From Dimorphilus gyrociliatus (Eukaryota; Animalia; Annelida), in contig CAJFCJ010000066.1 in NCBI GenBank assembly GCA_904063045.1, forward strand, positions 64,131 to 124,453: a stretch of DNA of 60,323 nucleotides, read 5' to 3'. Numbering within the stretch: position 1 is the stretch's first letter; each line of letters begins with the position of its first letter. A program made the translations under genes and the position numbers. Below the pieces are notes generated by a model, which saw nothing but the letters and a program-made list of their open reading frames with translations, searched no databases and was not told the DNA's origin. Below, in pieces: positions 25,442 to 37,734 of this stretch.

Positions 25442-26220
25442 GATATCACTGTATCATTAATTTCTTTTGAAAAGAGTGTCTAAATGACATATATACACTT
25501 TTAAGATGAATTTAATCAAATTATTAGTAATTATAATTATTAAAAAAATATAGTTGATATTCTACAATTCCCTTTTAAGAAAATTATATCAAATGTAAAT
25601 ATATGTCTTTGATAAAAAAAATTCATATTTTCTTTCTTCTATACATACCTTAATCTTTAAATGATCATATAAGATTTGGTACTACTTTATGTTAGGATGA
25701 GGTTATTGAACGTCTCCTTTAGTCGACTGCTGGAAGGTTATCCACAATGCTGTCTTTGTAATTTTTTCTCTGCGTAGGCTGCATAATCATAGATATAGCA
25801 TATTTAATCATTAGCCAAATGAATATTTTGTTTATTTTTCTCAAACAAATTTATTTTAACATTATACACTTTTAAACAAAGAATTTGATTTTGAAATTTA
25901 AAACTTTGAAAATGTAAAATATTATAGGTAAAAGATTAGGGTTTAATATGTTTGAACCAAATACTGACATCTAAGCTCTGATGGCTGTTGACATCTGATA
26001 TATATGCTCCATAGATTTACCTACATTTCATATTCTCTTTTTCTTTTTATTTCATTTTTAATTCTTTTCATTTTTTAGATAAATGTATGTTTATATTTTT
26101 GGCTATATACATTACATCAGTATAACATAGATTTCATTATCACAAGTTTAATAAACATAACAATGCGTACAGTTTCACCACTATTCGGCACATACAGAAA
26201 ATAGACAAAAAATTCAAGAA

Positions 26221-26821
26221 TTTAACATTGTTCCAAAAAACATGTCGCGTGCATTTCCTTTTATACATTCAACAAAGCTTGGGTTCAAGTGGTCAAAGGA
26301 TTACAAAGTTGTAATCTGATGGTCTCATAATTCTCATGTAACAAAATATGAAAGACTTTTTATATCACACATATAAAATATAATTCTAAGATTAGGGCAA
26401 CATGCCAAACATGTGCCACAGTAAACAGGCCTGCCTCATCAGCATCTCGTGTTTGATATGCATCTTTTCCATGTTCTTTGTTCCTTTGTTAATTCTGTTG
26501 TGGTCAGAGAGTCTATTTTGTAAGAAATAGAGTTCTTTCTAAAGCACTGAAAGCTAACTCTACGAAATAAAAGTCTTTCTAAAGTTCCACCACTATAATT
26601 CCTACAAAAAAGAAGTATTTCTACAGTTGCACCAGTCTAATTCCTATAAAATAGAAGTCTTTCTAATGTACCCTTATATCTAAAGTCTAAGTATTGATAT
26701 ATCATTATATCTAAGTGCATACTGAAAAATTAAAAAAATAATCTTTTTTCATAATGAAAAAGATTTTTAATATTTGGCCTAAAAAATTTGAGGTGTTCCA
26801 ATATTCCTGTCGTTTACTTTA
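26221..26821 (+). mobile_element. Remnant of the same Tc1 family (right-end sequences)
   Basis: 26725-26821 matches 8955-9051 (atcttttttc..gatttttaatatttggcct..aggtgtt..cctgtc..actttata). 26224-26250 (aacattgttcca..aaacatgtcgcg) matches the inner repeat at 7640-7667 and 8814-8832. Confidence 0.75.
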
Positions 26822-26849
26822 TATGTATTATTTTCCATTAGATATTGCA

Positions 26850-27441
26850 GATATAAAGTTGGTTATGGAATGAAAGATCTGTGTCATCAATTTTCTGAAA
26901 TCTTTCCAGTCATCTCATTTTTCTTTATATTTCTTCACATATCCAAGAGCCTTTTCAATAATTCAAGTTATTTAATATCCAATATGTATGTTTTACATGA
27001 ATATAACTAACTTGTATTTTCCTATAAACTGCTTGTGTGAAATGAAACATACAGGTTGAAATTCAGAAATGGGGTATATTTTTCATAATGCTTTTCTTTT
27101 GGGTGCTCATCATTTATCAGATTGTTGATATGCTGAAAAACAACTATATTTCATCATAATTTTTGTTCAGAAGATAAGAAATATTCATCTGAAATGCTTG
27201 CATGTATGCTTTAGTTAAGAAAATTAAAGCAAGAGGAACTTGTTTCATATCACCACTTTTTTAACAAAAGAATGAACAGTGACAAGCTGATGAAGATGAT
27301 TCTTTGACAATTTTAAAAGTACCATCATTATACTAGTAGTTGGATTTTGATAATAAGTTTAAGTAGTGGTTTGTTGCAAAGATTAAAATTCTTTCTCCAA
27401 TTTCACAAATATCTTTCAGAAGAAATTCATCAGGTAAAAAT
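26850..27441 (-). mobile_element. Decayed MULE transposase fragment
   Basis: Hand translation gives FLPDEFLLKDI..ERILIFAT..YNDGTFKIV, HQLVTVHSFVKK.GDMKQVPL, HFTQAVYRKIQ| and LGYVKKYK..DFRKLM. These are colinear with the 12181-14972 transposase, including the intron after RKIQ. Confidence 0.85.
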
Positions 27442-27454
27442 CGGTGTTGTTTGT

Positions 27455-28043
27455 TTCTCTTTCATTAACACCATCAAAAAGTAGTATAATCTTTGTATTA
27501 TCATTTTTTGTATTCCCTATTAAAATAATATTTAAATAGGTCTTCAGATATCCAAGATGTTCTATCTTTAATGTTTTGGCAGAATAATTCTTGTCCTAAA
27601 TCCTGATTATCAGTACCTATCTCATTCAATCCAGCACTATCATTATTAAATTCTTGAGATATAAGATGTATTGGAATTGTAAAATCTTTAATGTTTACTC
27701 TTGTTCTATTTCCCCAAAATGGATATTGAAGAATTGATTTAAATTTTTCTCTAGTTTGTCTTTTTATTTCATTTTTAAATTCATGCCAAGTATTTTTAAT
27801 ATTTGTTGAAACATGTTCAATTTCACCATTTTCTCTATATAATGTTAATATTTCTAGAAACCTTTCAGTTGATAATTTTGAAATGCAGTCATCAAATATT
27901 CCTTGTGGTGATATAATAGAAATATCTCCATCAATTTCTTCTTTTTGGTAAAGTAGAGATACAAATAGTTCACTATTCTCTATAAAATCAATGATAGTTT
28001 GTTGGTGGTTGATTATCTCGTAATTTGAAACCCTCTCAACCAT
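27455..28043 (-). pseudogene. Probable death-fold + NACHT-type (NLR-like) remnant truncated by MULE
   Basis: ORF 27501-28043 has a helical N-terminal ~90 aa, then the pre-NACHT-like YPFWGNRTRVNIKDFTIPIHL. After a frameshift at ~27503 comes the Walker-B-like TKIILLFDGVNE. No Walker A is seen. Confidence 0.45.
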
Positions 28044-28859
28044 TTTATTGGAGTTTTAATCTAAAATTTAGGTTTTTAATCAACTACTATACATTGTATT
28101 ATATTGCATAACTAATAATGTCTAATCATTGCTTATTAAGCCCTACCTGAAATCTTTTATAAAATAGAGGTATCTTCAAAACTCTGTCAGTAACCAATAT
28201 ACAAGTGACCCTTTTGACTAAAAGCACTAACACAAACAAACACACAGTAACCATAGAATTTTTGGTTAAAGAAAGGATTATGGAAGTGATTGTTGGAAGA
28301 TTATTTCTTTCAGGACAGCAAACTAATTGAAAAGCCTTCCAAGAATATATACAGTATAGGCAAAAAAGTTCCAAGCCACCTTGTAAAATTTTTAGTTTAG
28401 ATATTAAAATTATCAACTTAAAGATTATACTTAATTAAACTGGTGTTTGATATTTTAAGCTAAAATACTTGAGAAATACTCTAATTATAAATAAATCTGC
28501 AAATTATAGAATGACCTTGACATTTATTTAATGGAAATATTAACACAACTATAAAAAAGATAATAACAGATACTGACATCCCAAATAATTAAGAAGATTT
28601 TTTAAGCCATATGTAATGTTAATCTTCAATTCCTTGACCTTTTCCTAATTCCAATGACACCAATTTTCAAATATCAATTTAAAGGTTAAAAACAGCATGA
28701 AAAGAGTAAGTTCAAATATCAAAAAGCATTTATTATCGCTCAGACAAAAGTTAGTGTATTATAATTATTATATGAAATTGAATGTCATAGCAAAATTGTC
28801 AAGATAACCTTAAGTTTGTTCTCTCTCTCTCTCTCTCTCCTCTCCTCTCTATTTCTTTT

Positions 28860-30941
28860 CTACAAGTCTGAAGAGTATAAATTACATATCAACTTGTCTG
28901 AAAAATTCCCTTTCCTCATAGATATCATATCTAAAATAATGAATTTCCTTTCAATATTAATTCCCTTACAAATGAAAGTGATCTTCTTGAAACTTTGAAT
29001 ATTCAAATCTTGTAAACAGAATGTTTGAAATTGATGAAATTGTTTATTTTCTGAAGAATATTGCCAATTATTAATAATATCTTCATTTAAAGACAATTGC
29101 TTATCAACAATGATAATTGGATTGATAAGATTTATCTTTAATTGGTCGTCAATCTCTAATTTCAATTCAAAAAATGAAAATTTTGATTGTAATGGAATGC
29201 AAGCATAGATAAATTCATCGAAGAAATTATAGACAGCACAAAATTGATGATGAGTTGTATTAAGAATAGTAATCTTTCTACCATCTGAAATATGAAATTT
29301 TAATAGAAAAATCAATTGGCAAAAAGACAAAAATTGGCAAAAACCTTGATGATTTATTTTGACATCATTTATTAAACCATCATAAATATTACGTATTAAA
29401 ATTTCATTCACATCAAAGAAATGGTCACCATAAATTGAAAAATATGACAGTAGCATTGCAGTTGGTTTTCCATAACCAAATTTTATTTGACCATATGAGA
29501 ATTCTAACCAATAATAGTTCCATTTGTCACAATCAATTATCGATTGTAATCTATTAAACCTTTGTATGAAATTTCCAGCTGTAAGTATATTTATCAGTGA
29601 TTCTTCATTACCCCAACTTTTAATATCTAAAACTAGATCTAAATATTCTTTGGTACTATTTCTAAAATGAAAAAATAGGCCAGAACAATCCCTGTTATGA
29701 TTCCTAATTTGACCTTTGACCTGGAAGCTAAACATAGTGAAATTCTTCCATAAATTCTTTGGTAAATAATAATAAACATAATCAGAAAGCTGGATACTAT
29801 AAATTTTCTGATTATCTTCTAATCATGGAAAGCAAGATGAACAGATTTGGAGAAGAGAATGAGAGAATATAAAATAATGTTTATAGTTAAAAAAATATTT
29901 TTAACCTTTTGCAAAAACATCTATAGTTTTCAGAGCATTTTGTTGAGTAGTATATCCATCTATAATTGTCAATTGAATCCAATATTCAATATCAGAATTT
30001 CCAGTATAGTTCCAACATTGTCTATCAGAAGAATGTGAAAGTTGAATTGTTTGAGTATAATTTGAACTCCAAGTTACTGTTAATGATTTTATATCATATG
30101 CTGAATCAGCACTAAAAAAACAAATTGAAAAGTCTTATTATCATAAAATTAAAATTATTGTAGTGTACCTATTAGCTGTACAAAATATATGTGGCTTGGC
30201 AGGAAAGGCAAATGTTACATTTATAAAATGGCCTTGACATCTATCATTTGATTCTTTCTGCGGACATTGTGTAAGCCAATAAGTAGTTTTAAAATTATTA
30301 ATTGCCTCTACACAATTTATGCCACTTGATGAATTACAAGTTGCTCCTCGATCACTATTAGCTATATTTATATAATATAAATCTTCATTGATTGTCTCGT
30401 CTGTAAAACTTAAAAGAATTGATTATATAATTAAAACTTAATGCAATTTTTTTACTGTCATAGGCATATATAAGTATTGATTGAAATCCAGCCAATCTTG
30501 TTTCTTCATGACTACCAAGAGTTTGAAATTTTACTTTAGAAACACTTTTTCCAATTTCAGTTAATAGAACACAAGTTTCATACAAATTCAAATGAACATT
30601 GATCGTATTTGAACTTCCTAATGTCATATTCATAAATGCAAGCAAATAAACATCTGGATAGGTTCTTTGATAAAGGCATATGTCAATTATATCATATAGT
30701 CTCTTGAAAGTGATTTCAATCCATTCATCTATGCAATATAGTCTTAAGCAATTTGATCCCCATTCAGCTGTGCTCTGCCAGACAAGATCAAGTGCATTTT
30801 CACAATTATAGAACTCACTCGATGCCTTACAACTAGCTGCATGATCCTTCGCATTAGCAATATTTATAAGTTTTCCATCTGTTTAGAATGTTGAAATAAA
30901 TTCACCAAAAATAACAAATAACAAACAATATTTCTATTCAT
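28860..30941 (-). pseudogene. Secreted F5/8-type-C (discoidin-like) repeats + farnesoic-acid O-methyltransferase-like domain gene, frameshifted
   Basis: Signal MNRNIVCYLLFLVNL at 30941. CKASSEFYNCENALD..WGSNC..EWIEITFKRLYDIIDICLYQR (30650-30870) and GATCNSSSGINCVEAINN..YWLTQC (30200-30370). FAMeT-like LDIKSWGNEES..IIDCDKWNYYWLEFSYGQIKFGYG in ORF 28860-29735. Confidence 0.6.
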
Positions 30942-31439
30942 ACCAGTTGATTTTAATCCATTTATGAATGTAAATACCAAAAATATTAAATATAATAAGA
31001 AAACACACCAAATTTTTATCTTTAACATTTCAAAAAGGATTTAGAATTAAACCGATGAATCTACCTGCAAAACCAAGTGTATTTAAAAAATACATGTTAT
31101 GGAATTCCAGTTTTTAGCAATATTTGAATATTTTATTGTCTGATGAATAATTCTGATTTTATATTTGGAACAAAAGCAGGAGTCATTGCACTTATTTTGT
31201 TATACTTTAATCAATAAATGTTAATTAATCATATTTCTCTTTAATCATAATAATCGGAAAAGCCTATTTAGTTATTTATCCATTTTTGAACATATAGGCA
31301 ATTGATATTCATTCTTAGAAATAGAACAAAAGTTATTGTCTACATATTAAACTATTATAGGATGAAGGGGAAGAGAAATTATGCAAAAACTAAGGTTAGG
31401 TTAGGGTTATACAGTATGGTTCATTCCATTATTCATTCC

Positions 31440-31590
31440 ATGTCCAATGCACTGATTCCCAAATGATGTAATGTGTTTCTTCAGCTATTGGCATTTTTAG
31501 AGGGAATAGGTTTGCGAATCTTGACCTGTGACCTACAATAACAAGTTTACACTTGTAAGAATCATGTCCTGTCAGAGATGCAATTATTTC
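31440..31590 (-). mobile_element. Possible retroelement integrase (rve) remnant
   Basis: YKCKLVIVGHRSRFANLFPLKMPIAEETHYIIWESV resembles the integrase-core consensus (Y.LVivD.fSrf...fPl....Ae.....i). It is short and degenerate. Confidence 0.35.
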
Positions 31591-32094
31591 CTTCATATTC
31601 AAAAGAATACTTGTTATATATACAAAGTATGAAATATAAAAATTGTAACATTGTGATGGACAAATTTGAGGTTCTATATGGTTTAAAGCAGACCAATCAC
31701 CTACAAATAATTCTTTTTAAGGTTTAAAATATAGACGAATTACTTGAAGAGAAAAAAAAAGAAATGCTACACAGTTATAACCACAACCATATGGTTATTG
31801 AACATAATTATAAGCATAGCTTTTAGGATATTGATTTATTAAGCATTTTCTTAAGTTCTAAGCAGTGTGTTTGCTGCCAGAATAGGGTCTCAACAAAGTA
31901 AGTATTAGGTTTCTCATTAGCATCAATTAGAAGACTTGTCTTTTCCAAAGCATTTTCCTTAATAGTATCATAACTGAATTTTGGTTGAGTAGGATCCGCA
32001 TACACCATACCTTTAGAAATTGTAGCTGTCCTAGTCATTAAATTGTATTTCAAAAAGCTATAAACAATCAACTTTGGCACCACTACTTTTAATG

Positions 32095-33200
32095 GAATTT
32101 CACATCCTCAAACTTGTCCACCTGGCCAGCATTTTCAATTTTCAATTGAAAGTTGTAGTTATATAATATGTGTACATCCAGATTTATCAGATTGCACACC
32201 AAAGTCAACTATTCAAGATGTGGGTGAAGATAAAATGTGTGAAGAATGTAACCAGAATTTTTCTACTACTTCATGCTATTTAAATAGTGATGAAATTGAT
32301 AAATGTTCACCAAATAAAAATAAACATCACAACGCTATCCTATTGGATACAATTGCGCAATTCCTGGAAGGTGGTCAGAATGGTCAGGATAGAGTAATTG
32401 TAATCCTTCTTTTGAAGAAAAAATCCAGCATTTATGGTATCTTTATCAAGATCGCAAACTTTCAGCTATGGCAAAATAAATTGGACATCTGTTGATATTA
32501 ATGAACACAATTTATTTGATGAATCAGAAAATAGTTTAAGAATTAATCAATCTGGAATCTAATATTTTTCAACAAGTGCAACAATTGAAAGCCATGATAC
32601 TACTTCCCTAATGCTTAACAATACAGGAAGGACTATTGGTTTGTTTAAATATGGTAATTCAAGTGTTACAACTGATACTACAACTAGAGCTGGATTATTC
32701 ATACCAAGTACATTTAATAAGCCTTATATCTTACAGTAATTCATTCTTACTCAAACCTTATTGAAAGTGAGAGTGGAAAAGAAACATCATGGTTAGGTTT
32801 TTACTATGAAAGCCAAAACTATTTATTTACTGCACGTGACTATTCACTAACTTCTCCTTTTAGTGAGGTTTATTTACCAAATACTTTTGCAATGAGAGGT
32901 TTTTCCATCAGTAATAATAGATTTAGAGTATTTGAAGGTGGATACTATTTTATAAACTTTGGATCAGCATCTGAAAACTCTACACGCTCTGTAATTAGAT
33001 TTGACTTTTCTCCTGGTGGTATAAACATTCATAGCAGTATTGTAATTTCTAACATTGCTGCAACACCTATTATACAATCCTTAGTTTTATTCAAAGGTTA
33101 AATTCTGGTGATTATATTAATCTAAAAACAATTGATGGTATTCAATATTCAGATTCTGATTATCTGATATACTTGTGTTTGTTCAAGTTAAATCAAAATT
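32095..33200 (+). pseudogene. Chitin-binding (peritrophin-like) Cys segment followed by tandem C1q-like domains, disrupted
   Basis: QTCPPGQHFQFSIESCSYIICVHP (32105-32180). GKINWTSVDINEHNLFDESENSLRINQSGI*YFST has an in-frame stop at ~32559. RFRVFEGGYYFINF is in ORF 32892-33101. Homologous to 10880-11990. Confidence 0.6.
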
Positions 33201-33289
33201 TACCAATATTTTCAATGGCTTCAAACAATCATGATTATTCTGACAGTCATTCAACAAAAGCTCTAATCAGAAGAGAGTGTGGAAGACTG

Positions 33290-33430
33290 CAGGAAAGGAG
33301 AGAGTTAGCAACTGCAAACAAAATTAAGCAAAATTTATAGCTAAACATCTCAAAGAGAACCATCCAAAGGATTCTAAATCAACAAGGAGCAGACTATCCC
33401 AAGAATGTGCCCTTTATCAACAAGAGCTAA
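33290..33430 (+). mobile_element. Tc1-type transposase N-terminal fragment
   Basis: ATANKIKQNL*LNISKRTIQRILN matches VTAAKILKELEVDVSVRTIQRELK of the 7415-9049 element. Confidence 0.6.
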
Positions 33431-33774
33431 AAATACTCAAATAGCTATTTGATAGATCCAACAACAAATTAATTTTAGTAATCTTTATCATGAGCCTAGG
33501 TTTGCCCTAGATGGTCTAGACCACTTAGACTTGGCCCTTGGTAAAAAAAGCTCTATTCTAAGCCTGACTGTTGGAGAGTACTGGCTAGTAGAATCCTGTG
33601 TTTGTCCACAAGTTTTATAATTATAACCATATTCTATAGTTTTGAGAGACACTGTAAAATACTAGAACAGGTTTCTGTGTAATGACTCAATAATTACATA
33701 TTGGTGAAAATTACATACTTCAATATTATAAATAGTAGCCATTTTGAATCAAAAGTAGGTCAATACAGAGGAAG

Positions 33775-35112
33775 ATGTTGATCTGTTCACTACAAACACT
33801 TTGCTTAAGAATAATTTATGATAATTTGTACTTGATCACTAAATTATGTATTAAGAAATGTTTAATTATACCTCAATCAATTGGAGATTTAATTTATGAT
33901 TATTCAATGAAGAATCAATGTCGTCCACTAACAAAAAAGGACTTAACATTATTTTCTGGCAAAAGATTTCAATTGGAAACAATTTTTATTGATTTTAATA
34001 GAATTAAAAATGTAAAAAACATTAAAATACTGACAAAATGCAATAATATAAAATCATTATCTATCTATTGGTCATTTATCATTTATTGAGTATTAAAAAA
34101 GTTTTACCAATTTTTTATTATGATTTACAACATCTGATAATAAATATTCCTCAAATGGATGAAAAAGATTATATTAAATTTTCAACAGCATTAGGTGAAT
34201 TGAAAAATTTAAAAACTTTTACATTAAATTTGGCCTATTCAATAAATTATTCTGGAAATCTTTTAATTAATGATTTAAAGTCTTATTGTTCAACACTTGA
34301 AAATTTTATGAAAAGGGTAGTTTTTCAAAGGAATGCTACTCATTAGAACATGTTCATGTTAAAAAGTACAATAATAAACTGCTTTTGGCAAAAGTGTTCA
34401 CAGAATTACAAATGTCTTGTAATACATTGAGAAAACTAGATTTTTATGGATCTTTTCTATCAAATACCAATTGTAAAGCTCTAACAAAACTTTGTAATTG
34501 TTGTCATTTTTTACAAGACATTAACATTTCTTTAAATGAAGATTGTAAAGAGGTATTTGAGAATTTTTGCTCTAGCCTAGATACATCATCTTCATCATTA
34601 TCTTCTATTAAATTTCGATTAATGCTCAGAGAAAATAGGTTTCTAGTGAAAAGTTTATGATATTGCTCAATGGTCTAGCTAACATATACCATACACTTGT
34701 AAAAATATCATTAAACACTGCTTCAAACTCAAAAACTCTTGAACATTTTCTTGGTAAATGTACAACATTGAAGGAATTTAATATGTCTGAGAATAAATAC
34801 TCAAGTTCATTTAATATCATTTGTAATGGATTAGAAATATCATCATTCAAATCATTACAAATATTCAAAGCTTCTGATTGTGAAATAGATGAAGAGAGTT
34901 TTTTAAATTTGACAAATTTATTAGCAAAATGTTGCTCAATAATTGAAATTAACTTGAGTAAAAATGTATATATTTCATTAAAGATTAAAGAAATGAATAG
35001 GCTGTCAAATCATTCTTGGCCTTGTATAAGATTAGTTGATTTGTCTGAATGTCATATAACTCAAAATCAACTCATTGATTTTAAAGATTTAAGAAGAATT
35101 TGTAAGGTATAA
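33775..35112 (+). pseudogene. BC-box/cullin-box (VHL-box)-LRR protein, ZYG11/PRAME-like architecture, in four frame-broken pieces
   Basis: SLQTLCLRII (BC-box) and IPQSIGDLIYDY (cullin-box-like). RI-type LRRs (NTLRKLDF, FLQDINISLN, NIICNGLEISS.KSLQIFKASDC) in ORFs 33775-34089, 34068-34346, 34385-34660 and 34657-35112. Confidence 0.7.
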
Positions 35113-35805
35113 AAAAAATGTAATGTCATATTCAACCAATGGAGACATTTTCACACTTCTCAATTAATTGATATATCAGCAAAATTTTTGGCTAGGTATA
35201 AACAGGATAGTGAAGAATTTTTAAAAAGGTACAATTACAAGAGATTGATGTATAGCATCTCTTTCTTTCTGACATGCCTATCTTCACAAGAGCGATCTCT
35301 TAAAAATTTATCTAATCCTTTAGATGGTTCTTGTTAATGTTTATTCCATTGTGCCATCTCTCAGGCAGAAAGCCATTAGCTTTCTTATGTCTCTCCTATT
35401 CTTAATGAATATTCAACTGCAATAAAAGAAACTGCAATGGTAATTTTTTATACTCAAAGCATAAATTTTGTATGGTAGAAATCATTGTTGGAGTAATGAA
35501 GATGAATTTCATTGCAGTTTAAATTTCTTTTTGCAGTGTATTTAAATAATTATAATTTAATCAGATTTCTATACTGATTCATTGGAATATGTGATTTTAT
35601 TGGTAATATTACATCCACTTTTCATAGGCCTTCTCATACTTTTTTTCTAGTGCTATCAATTTCCGATTTGGTTTTCTCTGCTAGATGACAGTAGTGAATA
35701 TTCAATACTAAGCATATTTCCTTCATATCACCTAAACATAGATAATAAAAATATGTTATCAAATGAATTTATTATTTTATTACAAAAGCTTCAGAAAAAA
35801 ACAAA

Positions 35806-37734
35806 ATGGCTGCCAGTAGATATTTTATCCAAGAACAAAGTCTTCAATGTTCCTTGTGTTCGGAATCTTGGGTAGATAAAGATCATAGAGTACTTCCTTG
35901 TCAACACACATTCTGCCTGCAGTGTTTGCTGGAACAAAACTTTGCGAAAAACACATTTATTGCTAAAACAGGAATAAAATGTCCCGATTGCGAAGAATTT
36001 CATGAATTAAACAAGGAGATGGTAAGGACATCATTACCTAAAAACTATTTCGCCAATTCTTTAAATAGAGCACTACTGGATGAAAAACTTTGCGAAAAAC
36101 ATGAACAACTCTCTACTTTGTTTTGTATAAGTCACAATATTGAAAATCTATGCAGTATTTGCTTTGACAATGATCATTCGCAATGTCAAGTTTCAACGAT
36201 GAATAGACAATTGAAAAATAAGGAATTGATAAAGTCTCATTTGAATATTGAAGAGAATAATCAAAAAGAACTTTTAAGTGAAATTGAACAAATTGAAAAA
36301 GATTATTTGTTAAAAATTCAAAATGATTTCAAAATGATTAGGCAAGTTTCTAAAAAATTAAGAAAGCAGAGAGAGGATTCTTTAATGAATCTTTCAAAAG
36401 ATATCACCAAACAGAAGAATTTATTGGAATATTTAGAAAATTTTTCAAAAAACAAACTACAATTAACAATACTTAAAAATCCAAAAGTTGAATATCAACT
36501 AAAGGAAATAGATTACCAAAACTATATTAACAATGAATTTTCATTGACTTTGAACATATTAAATAATAACACTACAGATACAGATAAAGGTCATATTACT
36601 AAAATTCTACAAATAAATAATAATTTGAAGAAAGTCAATTTATCAAACAGTAGATGTGGTCAAGATTATTGGTCAACTATTTGTCGACTACTTGAAAAAT
36701 CATCTTACAGGCTGAAAGAAGTTAATTTTTCAGATTGTGATTTAACAGAGAAATTTTGTAAACCTATTGAAAAATTATTAGATGAGTGTTGCCAAATTGA
36801 ATTATTTAACATATCTGATAATGGACTAGGAACTGGAATTCAAAACATCTGCAATGGACTGGAAAAATCATCAAGTACGCTAAAGGAATTGAATTTTTCA
36901 GATTGTGATTTAACAGAGAAATTATGTAAACCTATTGAAAAATTATTAAATGAATGTTGCCAAATTGAATTATTTAACATATCTGATAATAGACTAGGAA
37001 CTGGAATTCAAAACATCTGCAATGGACTGGAAAAATCATCAAGTACGCTAAAGGAATTGAATTTTTCAGATTGTGATTTAACAGAGAAATTATGTAAACC
37101 TATTGAAAAATTATTAAATGAATGTTGCCAAATTGAATTATTTAACATATCTGATAATAGACTAGGAACTGGAATTCAAAACATCTGCAATGGACTGGAA
37201 AAATCATCAGCTACACTAAAAGAATTGAATTTTTCTAACTGCGATTTAAAAGGGGAAAATTGGGATTTTTTTGAAATTCAAATGAGAAAATTTTGTAATC
37301 TTGAAGTAATAAATTTAAAGAATAATAAAAAAATTGGAAATGGATTCTTGAGTATTTGTAGTGGTTTTGCCAACTCAGGGACGACTTTGAAGGAAATTAA
37401 TCTATCAAACTGTAACATTACTAAATCTTACTGCTCCTCTTTACAGATTCTTTTATCCTTATGTTCAAGTCTTGAAATAATTGACCTTTCATTAAATAGT
37501 TGTATGGGAAAAGGTTTGTCAGATATAATTAATTCTCTGAAAAGATCATCTAAAACTCTAAGGGAAATTTCACTTTCAAAGTGTAATATAACTGAAAAAA
37601 GGTGTAAAGAGATTAAAGATGTTTTGATGAAATTTGACAAATTAAATATAATTGATTTGTCATTTAATTTTCAAATTGGAAATGGTTTATTTCATATTCG
37701 CAGTCAGCTTTCGAATTCTGTAAGAATTATTTGA
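35806..37734 (+). CDS. Intronless RING-B-box-coiled-coil (TRIM-like)-LRR protein, 642 aa
   Basis: CSLC..VLPCQHTFCLQC..KCPDC (RING-HC), CEKHEQLSTLFCISH..LCSIC..DH (B-box2), a helical coiled coil, then about 12 RI-like LRRs. Confidence 0.9.
   Translation: MAASRYFIQEQSLQCSLCSESWVDKDHRVLPCQHTFCLQCLLEQNFAKNTFIAKTGIKCPDCEEFHELNKEMVRTSLPKNYFANSLNRALLDEKLCEKHEQLSTLFCISHNIENLCSICFDNDHSQCQVSTMNRQLKNKELIKSHLNIEENNQKELLSEIEQIEKDYLLKIQNDFKMIRQVSKKLRKQREDSLMNLSKDITKQKNLLEYLENFSKNKLQLTILKNPKVEYQLKEIDYQNYINNEFSLTLNILNNNTTDTDKGHITKILQINNNLKKVNLSNSRCGQDYWSTICRLLEKSSYRLKEVNFSDCDLTEKFCKPIEKLLDECCQIELFNISDNGLGTGIQNICNGLEKSSSTLKELNFSDCDLTEKLCKPIEKLLNECCQIELFNISDNRLGTGIQNICNGLEKSSSTLKELNFSDCDLTEKLCKPIEKLLNECCQIELFNISDNRLGTGIQNICNGLEKSSATLKELNFSNCDLKGENWDFFEIQMRKFCNLEVINLKNNKKIGNGFLSICSGFANSGTTLKEINLSNCNITKSYCSSLQILLSLCSSLEIIDLSLNSCMGKGLSDIINSLKRSSKTLREISLSKCNITEKRCKEIKDVLMKFDKLNIIDLSFNFQIGNGLFHIRSQLSNSVRII
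36712..37236 (+). repeat. Three tandem 168-bp (56-aa, two-LRR) units inside the TRIM-LRR CDS
   Basis: The aatttttc anchor recurs at 36724, 36892, 37060 and 37228. Units 2 and 3 are essentially identical. Confidence 0.95.

Noticed and set aside
31391-31410. Telomere-like ggttaggttagggtta, and similar motifs at ~43060, ~46065 and ~52530
   Set aside because: Only 2-3 imperfect units each. These are more likely TE-derived simple repeats than interstitial telomeres.
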